A stretch of 64,000 nt of DNA, taken from contig CP066684.1 of NCBI GenBank assembly GCA_016432325.1, positions 384,001 to 448,000 on the forward strand. Direction: 5' to 3'. The position numbers and the translations under genes are program-made. How positions within the stretch are numbered: the first letter of the stretch is position 1; each line of letters opens with the position of its first letter. This DNA is from Candidatus Aenigmatarchaeota archaeon. GTDB taxonomy: Archaea; Aenigmatarchaeota; Aenigmatarchaeia; PWEA01; JACQIF01. Of this stretch, positions 1 to 8,171 are shown in pieces. The notes below the pieces were generated by a model. That model was not told the DNA's origin, did not search any database, and saw only the letters and a program-made list of their open reading frames with translations.

Positions 1-231
1 CAAAGCTATGACGATTCCTGCGGCGCGTATCGTTCCTGCCGACCCCTGTATGCCTTGCAGTATCGGAACAACTTCTGGCGCGAACTCGGTCGCTCGCGGT
101 ATTGCGACAGGAGCCTGCGTCTCGACGGCGCCTGCGACGCTGAAAAGTCCGACTCCGATGACAATCAGGAGAATCCCTATCAGAACAAGCGCCACATATC
201 GAAGCAGTTCCGCGTCGAACTTGAGGGGCAT
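1..231 (-). CDS. Hypothetical membrane protein, runs off the window edge
   Basis: Manual translation MPLKFDAELLRYVALVLIGILLIVIGVGLFSVAG...; hydrophobic helices; divergent from rpl7ae. Confidence 0.65.
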   Translation of the reverse strand, partial: MPLKFDAELLRYVALVLIGILLIVIGVGLFSVAGAVETQAPVAIPRATEFAPEVVPILQGIQGSAGTIRAAGIVIAL

Positions 232-337
232 GGATATACGTGCCCGTTGTTGCCTTTAAAGCTTCTGCTTTAGGCTTCCCTCCGCGGTCGCAAAGCCTTT
301 AAATACCTTACCTTCGTTCCTAGACTACCAATGAACA

Positions 338-361
338 ATGATGTGCGTCTTAACGCGCTGA
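338..361 (+). promoter_or_regulatory. K-turn-like motif in the rpl7ae leader (candidate L7Ae autoregulation site)
   Basis: ATGATG (box C-like), stem GTGCGT/ACGCGC, CTGA (box D); downstream of TATA TTTAAATA 298-305. Confidence 0.55.
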
Positions 362-425
362 AGGAGGCGTTTGAAACTGCGGTTTCGCGCCTCCCGGTTC
401 GTATTAACGCACTGAAGGAGGTGTT
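346..425 (+). repeat. 26-bp direct duplication (346-371, 400-425) flanking a GAAAC-TGCG-GTTTC hairpin
   Basis: CGTCTTAACGCGCTGAAGGAGGCGTT vs CGTATTAACGCACTGAAGGAGGTGTT, period 54. Confidence 0.85.
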
Positions 426-428
426 CGT

Positions 429-842
429 ATGGCTGAAGATTTGAGTAAGATTTCCGAACAGAATGTTCGGAATACTTCGAAAGAGGACCTTTCGAAGAAA
501 GCGCTTGAAGCGGTCGAACTTGCAAGGAGCACCGGTTCCCTCAGAAGGGGAACGAATGAAGTTACAAAGGCGGTAGAACGCGGACAAGCAGAACTGGTCG
601 TTATAGCAAAAGACACGGATCCGCCTGAAGTGGTCATGCACTTGCCGCCGCTCTGCGAGGAGAAGAACATTCCGTACGTTCACGTGCCTAACAAGGAAGA
701 GCTCGGACGCGCTTCTGGGATAGAAGTCAAGTGCGCCGCTATCGCAATAGCCAAGGCAGGCGAAGCGAAGAAACTGATAGACGAAATAAGAAAGGCGAAT
801 GGCATGGAGAGCAAATCGCCTAAGGAAAAAAAGAAAGAGTAA
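429..842 (+). CDS. rpl7ae: 50S ribosomal protein L7Ae with a 16-aa N-terminal insertion
   Basis: [38 protein letters not shown]; SD GGAGGTG. Confidence 0.97.
   Translation: MAEDLSKISEQNVRNTSKEDLSKKALEAVELARSTGSLRRGTNEVTKAVERGQAELVVIAKDTDPPEVVMHLPPLCEEKNIPYVHVPNKEELGRASGIEVKCAAIAIAKAGEAKKLIDEIRKANGMESKSPKEKKKE
447..498 (+). repeat. Double-hairpin element, in frame within rpl7ae
   Basis: AAGATTTCCGAACA-GAA-TGTTCGGAATACTTCGAA-AGAGGACCT-TTCGAAGA; homologous to 9924-9978 and 10853-10918. Confidence 0.85.
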
Positions 843-852
843 GGTGATTTGA

Positions 853-1056
853 ATCCCAGTCGATGCCGTTCCGGCCGAAGTCGTTCAGTTGCTCGGACGC
901 AGCGGCGTCAAGGGAGTCTTCAAGGTTCGGGCGAAGGTATTGGAAGGACCGGACAAGGGAAAGATTCTCCTGCGCAACGTCATGGGCCCCATACGCAAGG
1001 GCGACATACTGATGCTTCGCGAGACTGAGATGGAGAGCGCCGGCGGGTTCGGTTAA
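853..1056 (+). CDS. rps28e: 30S ribosomal protein S28e (absent from the ORF track; apparent ATC start)
   Basis: [21 protein letters not shown]...[30 protein letters not shown]; conserved position between rpl7ae and rpl24e. Confidence 0.93.
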   Translation: MPVDAVPAEVVQLLGRSGVKGVFKVRAKVLEGPDKGKILLRNVMGPIRKGDILMLRETEMESAGGFG

Positions 1057-1065
1057 GGCGATTTT

Positions 1066-1248
1066 ATGGACTGCACATTCTGCGGCGAAACAATGCAACG
1101 GGGAAAGGGAAAGATTGTCGTCAAGAAGACCGGCGAAACGTCCGCATACTGCTCTTCAAAATGCGAGCACAACGCGCTTCTGGGCCGCAGCGCAAGAAAG
1201 ATTCAGTGGACGCGCGTGTCGCGCGTCGCCAGAGGCAAGGAGAAGTAA
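1066..1248 (+). CDS. rpl24e: 50S ribosomal protein L24e
   Basis: CTFCG...GKG...YCSSKCEHN...R...WT zinc-finger motif. Confidence 0.95.
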   Translation: MDCTFCGETMQRGKGKIVVKKTGETSAYCSSKCEHNALLGRSARKIQWTRVSRVARGKEK

Positions 1249-2751
1249 TCAAGACACTCTTCTGACCAACGGCGTTGGAATGCGCTGCGGGACTTCGAGC
1301 GTTAGCGCACCAGACGCATCCGTCTTCTCGATGAATTTGTGTGTTCGCCTGCCCATGTCATCGATTCCTGTCAGCATCCATTCATTTTCCGGTTCAACTA
1401 TGGGATCCATCGGTTGGTCCGAGTGTCTGTGGAGCAGCGAGTACTCGTCCATCGTCAGCATGCGAACGCGGTCGTCTTCGATGCTCATTCTCCACGCCAC
1501 GTTTCTCCATCCCGGCGCGACCTTGCCGATGGTCACTATCGCCTCGGCCCCGCTGCCGTAGAATCCCAGTCCCACGTATTTGCCTTCTAGGCGCTCTCCG
1601 TGAATCGCGGCTTGCTTGAACATGGAAGCGAGGGCGATGGGCTGAGACGCCGTATAAGCGTTTCCTGTGGACCGCGACCATACGACCGAGTCCTCAAAAA
1701 CGCTGTCCATGTAGTTCCTGAACGGCTTGACCTGCCTGAGCTTCTTCATATGATCGCTCATCGCCTTGTCAAAAGCCTTCACAGAAGAGAACGACTCCAA
1801 AAGCGGTTCCTTCCCTATTTCCGCTTCTATCTCTTCGCCTTCGGCCGTGCCGCGGATGTCGTGGAGGAACCATCTCGCCATTCCCTTGCGTCCCATGTCA
1901 GGGAACGGTATGTGCAGAGCCGCCTTTCTCATTACGTCTTTCATCGGTTGGTTTTTGCCGACAATTCCCTTCCTTCTCGCAATTGTGCGCGCGGCGTCAG
2001 CGGCGTCGCGCATTGTATCCTGATAAACGTCTATTGACAACTGGCTGTCGACGAGAGGCATCTCCGCGTGGGATTCGAAACTCGTCGCGCCTCCCGGACT
2101 CCTGACGGCCATCTTGGTGGGCTTCCAGAAATCGTATGCGTCCCTCGAACTGTAGCCGCGCACTTCCGGGTCGAGCACGAGCAGTCTCGGATCTTGCTTT
2201 ATCCGTATGGCGACTCCGCCGAACCCGCCTGTTATCTCTCCTGCGCTGCCGAGAGGATATTTGCCATGGTCGACGGCCACTACGATGGCCTCTCTCCCGC
2301 TGACTCCCGGAGACGGATCCGCGAGTATCCAGTCCGCGCAGTCCAGAATGGCCGCGCCTGCGGCGTTGCACGCGAACTTGTACTCCATGGTATGCCAATG
2401 GTTCGTCCTGCTGGAACCAAGGTTCTGTCCAAGCATTCCCTTTACGTCTGTGGTGAACGGTTTGGCGTTATCGTAAGAACTCTCGGTGGCGCCGTACAGC
2501 CTGCCGATTTGCTCGGGCTGTATGTCGTTCTGAGCCATCAGCCGATAGACCGCTGTCGCGCCCACCGTCGCGATCGTTTGGCCTCCATCGGGAACTGCCG
2601 CATGCTGCACTCCGAGATGACGCAATTTCCCTTCGAACTCTTCGGCAGAAAGCTTTCCGCGTCTCGCCTCGATAAACTCCTCGCCCAAAAGGTCCAAACG
2701 CGTGGCTGGTACGTAGACGTAGATATCGTCGATACCGACAGACCTTGACAA
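1249..2751 (-). CDS. mvaS: Hydroxymethylglutaryl-CoA synthase (long bacterial/haloarchaeal type)
   Basis: VGIDDIYVYVP, ATESSYDNAKP, EYKFAC (catalytic Cys), HIPF, GNAYTAS, YGSG; TTG start at 2751 with SD GAGGGAG. Confidence 0.88.
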   Translation of the reverse strand: MSRSVGIDDIYVYVPATRLDLLGEEFIEARRGKLSAEEFEGKLRHLGVQHAAVPDGGQTIATVGATAVYRLMAQNDIQPEQIGRLYGATESSYDNAKPFTTDVKGMLGQNLGSSRTNHWHTMEYKFACNAAGAAILDCADWILADPSPGVSGREAIVVAVDHGKYPLGSAGEITGGFGGVAIRIKQDPRLLVLDPEVRGYSSRDAYDFWKPTKMAVRSPGGATSFESHAEMPLVDSQLSIDVYQDTMRDAADAARTIARRKGIVGKNQPMKDVMRKAALHIPFPDMGRKGMARWFLHDIRGTAEGEEIEAEIGKEPLLESFSSVKAFDKAMSDHMKKLRQVKPFRNYMDSVFEDSVVWSRSTGNAYTASQPIALASMFKQAAIHGERLEGKYVGLGFYGSGAEAIVTIGKVAPGWRNVAWRMSIEDDRVRMLTMDEYSLLHRHSDQPMDPIVEPENEWMLTGIDDMGRRTHKFIEKTDASGALTLEVPQRIPTPLVRRVS

Positions 2752-2946
2752 GCAGCTCCCTCGAAAGGACTCCCGATTAGGCGTGAACGCGATATATACG
2801 CGGCTTCGGCCATTGACGAACGCGACGTCGCTTGGTGCTAGAGGGCCGTATAGCCGTCCGTTGGGCACGAAAACGGGCCCATAGGACCTTTCTTGAACAC
2901 GATGCGTTTTTAAGCATGCGCTCCCACCAAGAAATCGGGTATCCTT

Positions 2947-4671
2947 ATGCCAATCCGCCAACCCATCGTATCAGTACTTGGCCACGTCGACCATGGAAAG
3001 ACAAGCCTGCTGGACCGCATTCGCACATCGTCCGTTGCAGCGAAGGAAGCCGGCGGCATCACGCAGCACATCGGCGCCACTGAGGTGCCGCTCTCCACGA
3101 TAAAAGAGATTTGCGCGTCGCTGCTCAGGGAACAGCAGATTAAGATTCCGGGCCTCTTGTTCATCGACACGCCGGGACACGAAGCGTTCACGACGCTGCG
3201 TCGCCGGGGCGGTTCCATCGCCGATCTGGCCGTTCTGGTCGTCGACGTAACAGAAGGCTTCCAGCCGCAGACCATCGAATCGCTGACGTTCCTGCGCGAG
3301 TTCCGCGTGCCGTTCATCGTAGCCGCAAACAAGATAGACAAAGTCCGGGGTTGGGTTCGCCACGCAGGCACGTTCGCGGATTCATACAAGAAACAGAACA
3401 AGGAGACGCGCGAACTGCTCGACAACAAGATATACGAGCTGATGGGGCAGCTGAGCGAGCACGGCTTCGTGGCCGACCGCTACGACCGCATCTCGGACTT
3501 CAGGTCAACCGTCATTATCGTGCCTGTATGCGCGGCGAATGGCGAAGGCGTCCCGGAATTGATGGCGATGCTTATCGGTCTCGCGCAGCAATTTTTGACG
3601 CAAAAGCTCGAAATAAAGGGCGACATAGGCGCCGGTTCTGTCTTGGAGATAAAGGAGGTCAAAGGCCTCGGAACGACGATAGATGTGATACTTTATGACG
3701 GCGTCGCGCGCAAGGGCGACTTCCTGGTCATTGGAGGAGAGACGCCGATAGTGACGACGGTCAAAGGCATATTCAAACCGCGGCCGCTCGCCGAGATGCG
3801 CGTTGAGAGGCAGTTTGCTCCAGTCGATGAAATCATCGCGGCGGCCGGCAGCAAAATGGTCGCGCCGAATCTTGAGGGAGTCATACCGGGCTCGCCCATA
3901 CGCGTCGTTCCGCACAAGAGCGACGTGGATGCGGCTGTGCGCGAACTCAAGCGTGAGGTCGAAACGGTGACGTTCGAGAGCAGCAACGACGGCGTGCTCG
4001 TCAAGGCGGACACTCTCGGCGCTCTTGAAGCGATGATAAAGATTATCACATCCAAGGGAATTGCGATAAGGAAGGCCCGTATAGGCCCCGTATCGCGCAC
4101 GGATGTGATGGAGCAGCGCGGCGTGGCCGAACCGTACAACGTGGTAATCTTCGCGTTCAACGTTCCTGTCGCGCCGGAAGCCGAGGCGCTCAGGGAGAGC
4201 GTCCATATCTTCGCCGGCAACGTGATTTACAGGCTCATCGAGGACTACGTCGCGTGGACGCACACCAGAAAGGAGGAGCTCAAGCTTGCGCGCCTTGAAG
4301 GAGTGGTGCGCCCAGGGAAGATAAGGCTCCTGCCCGGGATGGTCTTCCACGCGGCCAAACCCGCCATAGTCGGCGTTGAAGTTCTCGGGGGTCTGATAAA
4401 ACCGGGATACTCATTAGTGAAGGAAGGACGCATCGTGGGCCGTTTGTTGCAGGTGCAACACGAAGGCGCGAACGTTCAGGAGGCAAAGACCGGCGACCGT
4501 GTCGCCGTATCGATAGAGGGAGCCACCGTAGGCCGCGGTTTGGAAGAACGCGACGTTCTATACACTCTGCAGAGCAAGGAGAACGTCAAGAAGCTCGAAG
4601 AGCTTAAAGACCTGCTCACGCGCGACGAGATTGACGTGCTGGAAGAGATAAAGGGGCTCATGGGCGGCTAG
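2947..4671 (+). CDS. infB: Translation initiation factor IF-2 (aIF5B)
   Basis: IRQPIVSVLGHVDHGKT, GGITQHIGA, DTPGHEAF, NKID. Confidence 0.98.
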   Translation: MPIRQPIVSVLGHVDHGKTSLLDRIRTSSVAAKEAGGITQHIGATEVPLSTIKEICASLLREQQIKIPGLLFIDTPGHEAFTTLRRRGGSIADLAVLVVDVTEGFQPQTIESLTFLREFRVPFIVAANKIDKVRGWVRHAGTFADSYKKQNKETRELLDNKIYELMGQLSEHGFVADRYDRISDFRSTVIIVPVCAANGEGVPELMAMLIGLAQQFLTQKLEIKGDIGAGSVLEIKEVKGLGTTIDVILYDGVARKGDFLVIGGETPIVTTVKGIFKPRPLAEMRVERQFAPVDEIIAAAGSKMVAPNLEGVIPGSPIRVVPHKSDVDAAVRELKREVETVTFESSNDGVLVKADTLGALEAMIKIITSKGIAIRKARIGPVSRTDVMEQRGVAEPYNVVIFAFNVPVAPEAEALRESVHIFAGNVIYRLIEDYVAWTHTRKEELKLARLEGVVRPGKIRLLPGMVFHAAKPAIVGVEVLGGLIKPGYSLVKEGRIVGRLLQVQHEGANVQEAKTGDRVAVSIEGATVGRGLEERDVLYTLQSKENVKKLEELKDLLTRDEIDVLEEIKGLMGG

Positions 4672-4726
4672 GCTGTCCGGGACTCGGCCGCGAAGCCTAT
4701 AAATCATTTCGTTCTCCATTCAGTGC

Positions 4727-4789
4727 ATGGACGCCGGGAAACCATTGGTTTCAATCGTCCATTGAGTAGACGGTGAAGTTCAATGGACG
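4727..4789 (+). repeat. Start-duplication hairpin cassette
   Basis: ATGGACG...GAAACCATTGGTTTCAAT-CGTCCATTGA...GGTGA...ATGGACG, period 56. Confidence 0.85.
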
Positions 4790-5391
4790 TACTTGACGCT
4801 ATCCAGAAAAGGCGCTCTGTCACGGAGTTCCAGGAAAAGAAGGTGGAAATGGAGAAGGTAGGAGTCCTTCTGGAAGCGATACGATGGGCTCCTTCTGCCG
4901 GCAACAGGCAGCCATGGGAAGTCGTCGTTATCGATGACCGGAAAACCATAGAGGATCTCGCGGATATCGCCCACAACCAACATTGGTTAAAGAAGGCGCC
5001 TCTGGTCATGGTGGTCTGCATCAACCACAAGCTGGCCGAAGGGACCTTCGGTGTCCGCGGAAAGAACCTTTACGCCATCCAGGCCACGGCCACGGCCGCC
5101 GAGAATGCGATGCTCACGGCGACCGAACTGGGACTGGGAACGTGCTGGATTGACGTCTACGATGAAGAGAAGGCGTCACGGCTTCTGGCCTGTCCCAAGC
5201 ACACTGTGCCTGTGATTGCGTTGGCCGTCGGATATCCGCTGGCTGTCCCAAAGCCTCCTCCCCGCTATGAGATAGCGTCCTTCTCCTACTACAACGGCCA
5301 CGGCAAGCTGCTCGAGTTCGAGTGGAAGGGCATTGCAGAGCACCTGAAAGAGTTCAAGGAGAGATTGCTGAAGAGCCTTGAGAAGTACTGA
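4783..5391 (+). CDS. Nitroreductase family protein
   Basis: AIQKRRSV, APSAGNRQPW, LGLGTCWI. Confidence 0.93.
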   Translation: MDVLDAIQKRRSVTEFQEKKVEMEKVGVLLEAIRWAPSAGNRQPWEVVVIDDRKTIEDLADIAHNQHWLKKAPLVMVVCINHKLAEGTFGVRGKNLYAIQATATAAENAMLTATELGLGTCWIDVYDEEKASRLLACPKHTVPVIALAVGYPLAVPKPPPRYEIASFSYYNGHGKLLEFEWKGIAEHLKEFKERLLKSLEKY

Positions 5392-5415
5392 AGACGGAAC
5401 CGACGTCTGCTAAAA

Positions 5416-5505
5416 TCAGATGAAGACTGCTATAAGCATAACCATTATCCCGGCCAAGACCAAGAGCCTCTGGTTCTGCCTGGCGTACCAACCCATACTG
5501 TTCAT
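5416..5505 (-). CDS. Putative 29-aa single-TM small protein
   Basis: MNSMGWYARQNQRLLVLAGIMVMLIAVFI; TATA-like CTTAAATA upstream. Confidence 0.4.
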   Translation of the reverse strand: MNSMGWYARQNQRLLVLAGIMVMLIAVFI

Positions 5506-5612
5506 AGGTCTCGCACTAGTTTAGTAAATGATAGTTATTTAAGCGCGTTGTGTCTGCTCCACAACGAATTGATAAGCCATTCTCTCGTGAACGCAGAATA
5601 GTAGGAAGGGCG

Positions 5613-5751
5613 TTCCATACTTACCTGCCTTGGGGTAGGTTGGGTAAATGATGGAAGGGGTTCTTCCATACTTACCTGCCTCGAATTAGGTTGGGTAAGT
5701 GATGGAAGGGCGGGGTGTGGGGTGGTAGAATAGGATCGATCCGCCCTTCCA
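5613..5751. repeat. Two 51-bp tandem units, each an imperfect hairpin, plus a third hairpin
   Basis: TTCCATACTTACC...GGTAA(A/G)TGATGGAA at 5613 and 5664; TGGAAGGGCGG/CCGCCCTTCCA 5703-5751. Confidence 0.85.
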
Positions 5752-5894
5752 GTGTGGGGGTGTGTCATTGAATGACAATGATGATGCGGTTTGTTCATTT
5801 TTCCGCATACACTGGACACACTTGATTCATCCCGTGCAAAATAACGGGATAGGAGCGTACAACATTCTGTACGCCCCTCGTTGAAACAATGGGT

Positions 5895-7028
5895 TTACCT
5901 TATCATGGGTATTCCGAGGCTGTCGGAGTACGACACCGAGGAGCTCTCCCTGGTTTCCGCGCGGCCCAGCACGTACGGGCTCTTCACGCCGGTCACAATC
6001 GTTATGACCTGCACGCGGCCGTTGAACTCAGGCAGTACGCGCGCTCCCCAGATGACCTGCGCTTCAGGGTTGAGGTGCTTTATCACGTACTCTCCAATGG
6101 TGTTGATCTCTTCCAGCTTCAGGTCTTCTCCGCCGATGACCTGCACAATCGCCCCGTTGCCTCCTGCAATGTCCGCTTCGAGCAAGGGGTGCTTCAGGGC
6201 TTTTGCCACGGCCTGCGAGGCGCGTGCGCCAGAGTCGTCGTCTCCTATGCCTATCAGAGCTACGCCACCCGAGTGCATTATCGCCTTCACGTCAGCGTAG
6301 TCCAGGTTCACGAGCGACGGCTGCGTTATGGTCTCTGTAAGACCCTTTATCATCGTCGATACGAGCTCGTCTGCGACAGCGAACGCCTGCTTTACGGGCA
6401 GGTCGCCTGCGTACTGCAGCAGCTTCTGGTTCTCTATCACGATTACCGTGTCTGCAGCCGCGCGGAGCCTTGAAAGGCCGTCTTCTGCCTTGTTTATGCG
6501 GGTTCCTTCCATCTTGAACGGCATCGTCACCGTCGCTATTACGATGGCGCCCATCTGTTTCGCGATTTCGGCCACAACAGGCGCGCAACCCGTTCCTGTT
6601 CCGCCACCGAGCCCTGTCGTTATGAAGAGCATGTCGCAGCCGTCGAGGGCTTCCTTTATCTCGCGCCTGCTCTCCTCCGCGGCCTTGCGGCCTACCTCAG
6701 GATATCCTCCTGCTCCGAGACCCTTGGTAAGTTCCTTTCCTATCAGAATCTTCTTGTGGGCCTTTATCGAAGACAAGTGTCTGGCGTCTGTGTTCAGCGC
6801 TATCGTGGACGCTCCTGATATTCCCATTTCGGTAAGCGTGTTTATCGTGTTTGAACCGCCGCCTCCGCAACCCGCAACAAGTATGCGTGCCTGGTGCATC
6901 TCGAGTCCGAACTCCTCGCTTATCTTCTGGGCGTCAGAGCCTGTCGGTCCGCCTGCCAGAGAAGCCTGCTTCTGTGTTCCAGCGGCGCCGAATGTTTTTT
7001 CGAATGCGTTCTGTATTATTGAATCCAT
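5895..7028 (-). CDS. ftsZ: Cell division protein FtsZ (FtsZ2-like)
   Basis: GGGGSN, GLGAGG, GGGTGTG, NLDYADV, GGVA, C-terminal LGIPMIR tail. Confidence 0.97.
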   Translation of the reverse strand: MDSIIQNAFEKTFGAAGTQKQASLAGGPTGSDAQKISEEFGLEMHQARILVAGCGGGGSNTINTLTEMGISGASTIALNTDARHLSSIKAHKKILIGKELTKGLGAGGYPEVGRKAAEESRREIKEALDGCDMLFITTGLGGGTGTGCAPVVAEIAKQMGAIVIATVTMPFKMEGTRINKAEDGLSRLRAAADTVIVIENQKLLQYAGDLPVKQAFAVADELVSTMIKGLTETITQPSLVNLDYADVKAIMHSGGVALIGIGDDDSGARASQAVAKALKHPLLEADIAGGNGAIVQVIGGEDLKLEEINTIGEYVIKHLNPEAQVIWGARVLPEFNGRVQVITIVTGVKSPYVLGRAETRESSSVSYSDSLGIPMIR

Positions 7029-7163
7029 TTCAAATCCTCCCTCCTTTGTTTTTGATGACTTTTGGTGATCGTGAAGTTCTCACGGTCCCCCGATTTGTAG
7101 ACTGTAAAATATACTTTCGAGCGTAGATACGCTTTTTAAGTACCTTTTACAGACTATCCTCTA

Positions 7164-7320
7164 GAAGTTGTTTGCCCAAACTCTTCCGGACACTTGCCCA
7201 AGTGTTCTTCGTTACCAAATTCGGTGCGTGAAGGTTTCACGTGAACCCGTTGCCCAACGGGTGCAGTCCAATCGTTTGCCCGAACGAAGCGGATTGCGAG
7301 TGTGAAACACGGTTTCTGCA
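7164..7320. other. Cluster of four hairpins sharing a GCCC loop (candidate ncRNA or operator array)
   Basis: GCCC loops at 7174, 7196, 7252 and 7278, each with a different stem. Confidence 0.6.
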
Positions 7321-7493
7321 CGGTTTTAGTGTTTTTACTACCCGTGAGGACGCCTTATAAACATTTGTATAATGGAGAATATACATCCGACTAGACGAAT
7401 TGCAAATCGACAACTTACGAAGTTCTTGGAAAGCGAGGAAGTTCGAAACGCGTGCACATTCCGACAAAACGTGAAGGTTGCCGTCGCGCGGTC

Positions 7494-8054
7494 TTACTGT
7501 TTCTTCGGCCTTTCGAGCGCGTTGATTCTCTTGAGTTCACGCTCTATCTTGTCTATCGCGCGCTCGACGTCCGCGACGTTGCGCCCGCCTGTGCAAACTA
7601 TCTTCCCAGAGCCGAAAAGAAGGAACGCAACGTTGGGTTCGTCCATCCTGTAGACGAGGCCCGGGAACTGTTCGGGTTCGTATTCTGCATTCGGCAGGGA
7701 AAACGCTATCTCGTTAAGCTTGAGCGTGCCTTCGATGCGGGCCGAAGCCACTATATTCTCTATCCGTATCTTGGGCTTGTCGTTGATTTCGACCCCGATG
7801 CTCTTTATCGCTTCGATAACCTTGCCCATCGCTTTCCGCGCGAGCGCAGGCGAGCGGGCGCCTGTGCAGACGACCTTGCCGGAAGTGAATATCAGGGAAG
7901 CGGCCTTGGGCTCCTTCATGCGATAGACGAGGCCGGGGAACTGTTCGGGTTCGTATTCTGTGCCGGGAACCCTGGCGACAAGCTTGTTGAGCGGGACCTT
8001 GACGTTCAGAGTAGCTGACGCAACCACGTTTTCTATCCGAATATCCTTTGCCGT
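7494..8054 (-). CDS. tbp: TATA-box binding protein (start uncertain: ACG 8054 or TTG 8069)
   Basis: Two repeats of IENV/IVAS...EYEPEQFPGLVYRM...F.SGK.VCTG. Confidence 0.97.
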   Translation of the reverse strand, partial: TAKDIRIENVVASATLNVKVPLNKLVARVPGTEYEPEQFPGLVYRMKEPKAASLIFTSGKVVCTGARSPALARKAMGKVIEAIKSIGVEINDKPKIRIENIVASARIEGTLKLNEIAFSLPNAEYEPEQFPGLVYRMDEPNVAFLLFGSGKIVCTGGRNVADVERAIDKIERELKRINALERPKKQ

Positions 8055-8171
8055 ACGGATGCACCCCAAAGAACTGAGGGTATATAAAGGGTAGGGTATT
8101 TAAAGGCCGCGGACGGGCATGATTTGACCACTTACAAATGACTATTTAAGCGTTTGGTTGTTCTTTAAGCT

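Noticed and set aside
435-498. Bulge-helix-bulge mRNA introns processed by EndA/RtcB as the explanation for the insertions
   Set aside because: No convincing BHB motif found by eye at the boundaries, and rtcB-archease is ordinary housekeeping; kept only as a testable alternative.
2752-2961. 70-aa N-terminal extension of HMG-CoA synthase in the ORF track
   Set aside because: Overlaps infB and its promoter; the SD-preceded TTG at 2751 fits the family start.
5617-5678. ATACTTACCTG (identical to the U1 snRNA 5' end) occurs twice
   Set aside because: An 11-mer inside a local tandem hairpin in an archaeal genome, with no other U1 structure; most likely chance.
5613-5710. Mini-CRISPR
   Set aside because: Only two adjacent units with no spacer-length unique sequence.
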